Source: Chitinophagales bacterium (GTDB lineage: Bacteria; Bacteroidota; Bacteroidia; Chitinophagales; Chitinophagaceae). Taken from it: DNA of 64,000 bases. Below the pieces are notes generated by a model. It saw nothing but the letters and a program-made list of their open reading frames with translations, searched no databases and was not told the DNA's origin. Shown piece by piece: positions 58,360 to 64,000 of the stretch; the first letter of the stretch is position 1; each line of letters opens with the position of its first letter. The stretch lies in NCBI GenBank assembly GCA_038320245.1, contig JBBQEA010000002.1, positions 8,240 through 72,239 of the forward strand, written 5' to 3'. The position numbers and the translations under genes were made by a program.

Positions 58360-58398
58360 CATTCATTAGGTTGTATATTTAGTAAATTAGCTCGCAAT

Positions 58399-59589
58399 AT
58401 GAAGCATTTTGTATGTAACTTATTTTTATCAGTCCTTTTTTACAGCGGCTTTACACAGGAACTATTAAAGCCATTGCCGGGGGCAAAATTTATTACCAGT
58501 TTTTCTTTTAAACAATACAGTGGCGGCGTAATGATTGTGCAGGCCCAATTAAACAATATAAAAGATACCTTTAATTTTATTCTGGATACAGGTAGCGGCG
58601 GTATTTCTCTTGATTCTTCCACCTGTGCCGAATACCAAATCGTCTCCCGGCAATCAGATACCACTATTACTGGAATGGGTACTGCACGTAGAGTTAGATT
58701 TGCTTACAACCAGCAATTACAATTGCCAGGCCTTACAATAAGCCGGCTTAACTTCCATATTAATAATTACGATGTATTAACAAGTGTTTACGGAGAAAAA
58801 ATTAATGGGGTTATCGGCTACAGTTTTTTTAGCAGATATATTGTAAAAATAAATTTTGACAGCCTTAGGGTTGAAGTGTTCAGTCCGGGTGAAATACAAT
58901 ATCCCAGAGATGGAACTACATTAAGGCCCGCATTTACCACCTTACCCATCCAGAATATTCACATACGGGATAAGCGGAAAATTGATTTTAATTTTTATTT
59001 TGATACCGGCGCCGGGCTTTGCTTTTTAATGAGTGAGGCATTTGCCAATGACAGCAGTGTGTTATTAAAAAGAAAAAAGACCATTGTAACGCAGGCAGAA
59101 GGAATGGGAGGCAAATTGCAAATGAAACTTACTGTAGTAAAACTGGTACAAATTGGCCGGTATAAATTCAGGAATGTGCCTACTTTTATATTTCAGGATG
59201 ACTTTAATGTTACATCGTATCCATTTGTAGGCGGGTTGTTAGGGAATGATTTATTAAGACGCTTTAATCTTATTGTTAACTACCCGCAAAAAGAAATTCA
59301 TTTATTACCTAATAGCCATTTTTTTGAGCCTTTCGATTATGCATATACAGGTATTGCCATGTATTATGTAAATGGTTCTATAATTATTGATGATGTTGCT
59401 GAGGGATCGCCGGGAGAAAAAGGAGGTCTTAAAGTAAATGATATTGTTTTAGGTGTAGGCAACAATTTCAGTAATAACATTATGCAATACAAAACCATGT
59501 TACAGGATGCAACCGGAAAAATAAAAATACTTATAACAAGAAATGGCGAATTGATGCAAATTTTAATTAAACCCATCAGCATTTTATAA
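58399..59589 (+). CDS. Secreted aspartyl protease (two retropepsin-like domains) with C-terminal PDZ
   Basis: Signal peptide; FILDTGS and FYFDTGA; GVIGY and GLLGN; SPGEKGGLKVNDIV PDZ. Confidence 0.88.
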   Translation: MKHFVCNLFLSVLFYSGFTQELLKPLPGAKFITSFSFKQYSGGVMIVQAQLNNIKDTFNFILDTGSGGISLDSSTCAEYQIVSRQSDTTITGMGTARRVRFAYNQQLQLPGLTISRLNFHINNYDVLTSVYGEKINGVIGYSFFSRYIVKINFDSLRVEVFSPGEIQYPRDGTTLRPAFTTLPIQNIHIRDKRKIDFNFYFDTGAGLCFLMSEAFANDSSVLLKRKKTIVTQAEGMGGKLQMKLTVVKLVQIGRYKFRNVPTFIFQDDFNVTSYPFVGGLLGNDLLRRFNLIVNYPQKEIHLLPNSHFFEPFDYAYTGIAMYYVNGSIIIDDVAEGSPGEKGGLKVNDIVLGVGNNFSNNIMQYKTMLQDATGKIKILITRNGELMQILIKPISIL

Positions 59590-59668
59590 TAAAATTTACA
59601 GCAGATTTAACCGGCAAGTTTTAAATGCCGCTTTAAAAAATCTTCCTGCTGTTTTATATTGCTCCCTT

Positions 59669-59676
59669 TATCTTTG
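59669..59676 (+). promoter_or_regulatory. Bacteroidota -7 promoter element directly ahead of the M16 peptidase start codon
   Basis: TATCTTTG-ccgc-ATG. Confidence 0.65.
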
Positions 59677-59680
59677 CCGC

Positions 59681-60919
59681 ATGATTCTATATGAAAAATT
59701 TACGCTCAGCAACGGGTTGAGCGTAATAGTACATGAAGATAAAAGTACACCGATGGCGGTTATTGATGTAATCTACGATGTAGGTGCAAGAGATGAAAAC
59801 CCCAATAAAACCGGCTTTGCACATTTATTTGAACATCTCATGTTTGGTGGCAGTATCAATATACCCGACTACGACGAACCCCTGCAAATGGCTGGTGGTG
59901 AAAACAACGCCTTTACCACCAACGACCTTACCAATTATTATTGCCAGCTACCGGCAGAAAATATTGAAACCGCTTTTTGGCTTGAAAGTGACCGCATGTT
60001 AAGCCTTGCATTCAGCGAAAAAAGTCTGGATGTGCAGCGTAAAGTGGTATGCGAAGAGTTCAAAGAACATTACATCAACAAACCATATGGAGATGCGGCC
60101 AGTAAAATGCGGGAACTGGCTTATACCACCCATCCCTACCGATGGATGACGATTGGAAAAGAGTTAAAACATGTGGAAGATGTGGAATTGCAGGATGTAA
60201 AGGATTTCTTTGCAAAACATTACACACCAGCCAATGCTGTATTGGTGGTGGCAGGAAATGTAACCGTAGAACAAGTAAAATTGTTAGCAGAAAAATGGTT
60301 TGGTCCTATCCCCGCAGGTGAGAAATACCAGCGCAATGTACCAGTTGAACCACCTCAAACAGCCCCCCGGCTTATGGAGGTAAAAGCCAACGTTCCGCTC
60401 AATGCCCTATACAAAACATGGCATATTTATCCAAGGTTGGATAAGCGGTATTATGTATGTGATTTAATGACGGAAATTTTGGGCGGCGGCGGCTCAAGCC
60501 GGTTGTTTCAGGCATTAGTAAAAGAAAAAAAGCTGTTTAGTAATATAGAATGTTCACACTATGGCAGTACCGATGCAGGGTTACTTTCCGTTGAAGGTAA
60601 GCTGGTAAATGGGGTGGATATGAAACTGGCTGATGCAGCCGTAATGGAAGAAATTCAGCGTTTGCTGGATGAAGGCATCACAGATGAAGAACTGCAAAAG
60701 GTTAAAAATAAAACCGAAAGTATGCTGGCTTTTGAAGACATGAGCGTGATGAGCCGTGCTACCAGTCTTGCAATGTACGAGCTGTTGGGCGATGCCAATT
60801 TGATGAATACAGAACTGGAAAGATACCAGGCTGTAACAGCAGAAGAATTGATTGAAGAAAGCAGGATTGTATTTGACAACAACAATAGCAATACCGTTTA
60901 TTATTTTGCCGGGAATTAA
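59681..60919 (+). CDS. M16B zinc peptidase, catalytic subunit
   Basis: TGFAHLFEHLMF (HxxEH), NAFT, WLESDRM, HPY. Confidence 0.93.
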   Translation: MILYEKFTLSNGLSVIVHEDKSTPMAVIDVIYDVGARDENPNKTGFAHLFEHLMFGGSINIPDYDEPLQMAGGENNAFTTNDLTNYYCQLPAENIETAFWLESDRMLSLAFSEKSLDVQRKVVCEEFKEHYINKPYGDAASKMRELAYTTHPYRWMTIGKELKHVEDVELQDVKDFFAKHYTPANAVLVVAGNVTVEQVKLLAEKWFGPIPAGEKYQRNVPVEPPQTAPRLMEVKANVPLNALYKTWHIYPRLDKRYYVCDLMTEILGGGGSSRLFQALVKEKKLFSNIECSHYGSTDAGLLSVEGKLVNGVDMKLADAAVMEEIQRLLDEGITDEELQKVKNKTESMLAFEDMSVMSRATSLAMYELLGDANLMNTELERYQAVTAEELIEESRIVFDNNNSNTVYYFAGN

Positions 60920-60973
60920 AAAGCACAGCAGCTTATATAAATAAATACTTACTAAAATATCCGAACTTAAATA

Positions 60974-62272
60974 ATGCTCAACAGAACTCAAGCTCCAAAT
61001 ATAAAAGATGCAATTGAATTTAACTTGCACCTAAAGCCCTATGACAAATTTGTGCTGGATAATGGCGTAGAAGTTTTTGCCATCAATGCTGGCGCACAGG
61101 ATGTATTGCAGATTGAATTGGTTTTTTTTGCCGGTAACAGTTACGAAACTCAACATACCGTTGCAGCAGCTACCAATCATTTATTAAAAAACGGCACCAG
61201 TACAAAAACTGCCTTTCAAATAAATGAACATTTTGAATACTACGGTGCTTACTGTACCAGGGCCTGTTACAACGAAACAGCCACTGTATCATTGCACACA
61301 TTGAGCAAACACCTGCCTGTGTTGCTTCCTGTAATGAAGGAAATAATTACAGATGCTGTATTCAGCGAAGAAGAGCTGGCAACATTTAAGCAAAACAGCA
61401 AACAAAAACTATCGGTTAATTTAAAGAAATGCGATTTTGTTGCCAACCGTTTAGTTGACGCTTATCTATATGGCGAACAGCATCCTTATGGCAAATACAC
61501 TAAAGCCGAAAATTACGATGCGCTTAGTACTGATGTTTTGAAAAAATATTTTCAGCAATATTATGTACAGGGAAATTGTGTAATTTTTGTTGCAGGCAAA
61601 CTACCCGATGATATAGAACAACAACTGAATAATAATTTTGGAAAGCTTAGCCTTAAAAATCATATCGCAATAACGACTGGTAACGGACGACTGGTAACCG
61701 AAGCGCCGGAACTGGTTATAGGTGATAAAAAACGAATTGTAAATGATGAAACCGGATTGCAGGGTGCCATCAGGATTGCAAGGCCATTTCCAAATCGTCA
61801 CCACCCCGATTTTCAAAAGGTGATGGTGCTTAATACCGTTTTTGGTGGTTTTTTTGGCAGCAGACTAATGACAAATATCAGGGAAGAAAAAGGCTACACC
61901 TATGGTATACACAGCTATGTGCAAAACCATATTGGCCCCACCGCCTGGATGATAAGTACCGAAGCCGGTAAAGATGTATGTGAAGCCGCTATTCAGGAAA
62001 TTTATAAGGAGATGAAGGTACTTAGGGAGGAGTTGATTGATGAGGAAGAATTGCTGTTGGTTCGCAATTATCTCATTGGTATAATACTGGGCGATTTAGA
62101 TGGCCCTTTTCATATTATTGGCCGCTGGAAAAGTATTATTTTAAATAACCTGGATGAGCAATATTTTTACGACAGTATCCAAACCATAAAAAATATTTCA
62201 GCAGAAGAATTAAGAGAAGTTTCCCTTAGATATTTGCAGCCGGAAGCATTTCAGGAGTTGGTTGTTTTTTAA
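60974..62272 (+). CDS. M16B peptidase, non-catalytic partner subunit
   Basis: No HxxEH; SRLMTNIREEKGYTYG R/Y pair; HPYG. Confidence 0.9.
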   Translation: MLNRTQAPNIKDAIEFNLHLKPYDKFVLDNGVEVFAINAGAQDVLQIELVFFAGNSYETQHTVAAATNHLLKNGTSTKTAFQINEHFEYYGAYCTRACYNETATVSLHTLSKHLPVLLPVMKEIITDAVFSEEELATFKQNSKQKLSVNLKKCDFVANRLVDAYLYGEQHPYGKYTKAENYDALSTDVLKKYFQQYYVQGNCVIFVAGKLPDDIEQQLNNNFGKLSLKNHIAITTGNGRLVTEAPELVIGDKKRIVNDETGLQGAIRIARPFPNRHHPDFQKVMVLNTVFGGFFGSRLMTNIREEKGYTYGIHSYVQNHIGPTAWMISTEAGKDVCEAAIQEIYKEMKVLREELIDEEELLLVRNYLIGIILGDLDGPFHIIGRWKSIILNNLDEQYFYDSIQTIKNISAEELREVSLRYLQPEAFQELVVF

Positions 62273-62298
62273 AATTACACTTTATACAAATTGTAGTA

Positions 62299-62582
62299 TT
62301 AGCGCAAATAAGGGCTGTTTTGCAATAACAAGGTAAAATTATCGGGCCTGTTAATGATGTCATTGTGTTGCCGGTTGCTGTGAATAAAAAGAATGGAATT
62401 GTTTTTTAACCCGGTGTTCTGCAGGTTACTTTCTTCTGTAAAAAGAAAAGAGATTTTTTAATTGGTTAACTGTTGCATTATCGCAATATTTTCATCCATC
62501 GTTCCCCCTCGTTGGTATAGATATTTACAAACCGATGCTGTTGAACTAACTGCAGCCAGCTGCATATATATTTAGTTACAGA
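62299..62582 (-). pseudogene. Probable gene relic (C-terminal fragment with a frameshift and an in-frame stop)
   Basis: TKYICSWLQLVQQHRFVNIYTNEG, a shift in the G-run, then GTMDENIAIMQQLTN*KISFLFTEESNLQNTGLKNNSILFIHSNRQHNDIINRPDNFTLLLQNSPYLR*. Protein-like and less AT-rich than the flank; family not established. Confidence 0.45.
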
Positions 62583-62746
62583 TTTAGATTTTTTAAAAAA
62601 ATAGATTATTTTCAATTTTAATAATTAGGTAGTATCATTTATTTATTGATTTTTATAAGATTGAATTAATCGATTATTAATAGTGCCGAAGTGTTTTGCG
62701 GGCAAGATTAAAATAGCAGCCCGGTTTGTTTAACCAACTAATTGCA

Positions 62747-64000
62747 ATGATACGTTACCTGGTATTGATACCCTTACTGCTTCTTTCGTATGTTGGCATC
62801 AGCCAATCCATTTCAGCATCCGGTCCCGTTTCTTTTTGTGCGGGGGGTAGTGTAACACTTACCGTTAGCAACACAGCAGGCATTACTGGTTATCAATGGA
62901 TAAAAGATGGGGCTGATATACCTGGCCAAAATACTGTTTCTATAAATACCGGCACATCGGGCAGCTACACAGTTAAATTAAACAGAACTGCACCTAAAGC
63001 GGATACCATTATTGGGCCAATGGTTGTTACCAATAATCCAAAACCGCTGCCTCCCTCGTATAATGTACCAGCCAGTCAGTGTGCATCAGTTGCTTATAAT
63101 TTTGCAGTAAATATGCCATTAGCCGGCAACACTTATCAATGGTACTTTGGCGACGGCGTTAGTGGTGCAGGTGCAAATGTTTCGCATACTTTTACTGCAA
63201 CGGGTTCGGCCTCACAAAGTTTTAATGTTTCAGTTAAAGCCATCAGTGCAGCAGGATGTGTTTCCGATTCTTTTAGACAGGCTGTTAGTGTAAACCAAAT
63301 TCCAAAGCCTGTTTTGGATGATTCTATTTTCTTTTTACAATTTAATAATTGTGGTAACAATACTGGTACACCCACTTATTATGTAAGTGTAAATAATAAC
63401 ACCAGCAACCCTGGCAGTATAAGTGGATATGTATTAAACTGGGGTGATGGCGGAGCTGATATCAACCTTACCAATGCCAGTTTCCCCATCAACCATACAT
63501 TTGATACTTATGGTGTATTTAATTTAAAAGTTACTGCAACCAATACTGTAAATGGATGTAGCGGAACCAGTATTAATAAAGTAATTAATCAGCTTAACCC
63601 GGCCGTTGGCATTGAAGGCCCGCCCGGTGGAAGTACCCAACGATGCGATAGTGCAGGATTTTGGTTTAAGGTAAAAAATTATAGCAATAATACGCCCGGT
63701 ACAATATATCAATGGAATTTTGGAGATGGGTCACCAATCGTTACCTGGACAACACCGCTTTCTGTAGATTCAATATACCATAATTTTACAAAGTCATCTT
63801 GCGAATTACCGGGAAGACAATTTGTTGTAAATGTTACAGCAATTAATAGCTGCGATAACACATCCGCATCTATCAACAACATTAAAATATTTAAGAAGCC
63901 CGAAGCAGAATTTGACATCAATACAACGCCGAGCTGTATAAACCAACCGGTGAATTTTATCAATAAAAGCATTACGTCTTTTAATGGCCCGGACTGTAAT
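62747..64000 (+). CDS. Secreted multi-PKD/Ig-like domain protein; 5' part, runs off the window
   Basis: Not in the ORF track. Open from ATG 62747: MIRYLVLIPLLLLSYVGISQSISASGPVSFCAGGSVTL..YQWIKDG; PKD motifs YQWYFGDG, LNWGDG, YQWNFGDG. Confidence 0.88.
   Translation, partial: MIRYLVLIPLLLLSYVGISQSISASGPVSFCAGGSVTLTVSNTAGITGYQWIKDGADIPGQNTVSINTGTSGSYTVKLNRTAPKADTIIGPMVVTNNPKPLPPSYNVPASQCASVAYNFAVNMPLAGNTYQWYFGDGVSGAGANVSHTFTATGSASQSFNVSVKAISAAGCVSDSFRQAVSVNQIPKPVLDDSIFFLQFNNCGNNTGTPTYYVSVNNNTSNPGSISGYVLNWGDGGADINLTNASFPINHTFDTYGVFNLKVTATNTVNGCSGTSINKVINQLNPAVGIEGPPGGSTQRCDSAGFWFKVKNYSNNTPGTIYQWNFGDGSPIVTWTTPLSVDSIYHNFTKSSCELPGRQFVVNVTAINSCDNTSASINNIKIFKKPEAEFDINTTPSCINQPVNFINKSITSFNGPDCN

Overview
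AT-rich bacterial DNA, most likely Bacteroidota. Chitinophagaceae is inferred from the T9SS C-terminal domains, TAnnTTTG promoters and futalosine-pathway mqnC. Housekeeping genes sit at both ends: an MHS-type MFS transporter and acs on the left; mqnC, an aspartyl protease-PDZ protein, an M16 peptidase pair and a truncated PKD protein on the right. Between them is a ~53 kb cell-surface glycan island (about 3.2-56.7 kb) bracketed by two FemAB/GNAT-like paralogs. It holds a Wzx/Wzy-type polysaccharide cluster (five GT4, one GT8, UDP-uronate epimerase, RmlD-like, Gfo/Idh/MocA, HddA/GmhA/HldD-like heptose genes) with no recognisable priming transferase or Wza/Wzc, and many amide/ester-forming tailoring enzymes (ATP-grasp, CapA-like, Cys-less asparagine-synthetase-like). 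It also holds three giant T9SS cargo proteins, a YqcI/YcgG + DUF1989 pair, and an FkbH-ACP-(MBOAT + DltD/SGNH-like)x2 cassette. The best candidate for an undescribed system is that cassette, read as a Dlt-like relay that transfers glyceryl groups onto a surface glycan. Other highlights are a circularly permuted CBM4/9-like domain inserted in a SprB repeat, divergent sigma54-like motifs, a probable leaderless gene and two decayed gene relics. No rRNA, tRNA, CRISPR array or mobile element was seen. All calls come from reading motifs by eye, with no database searches.
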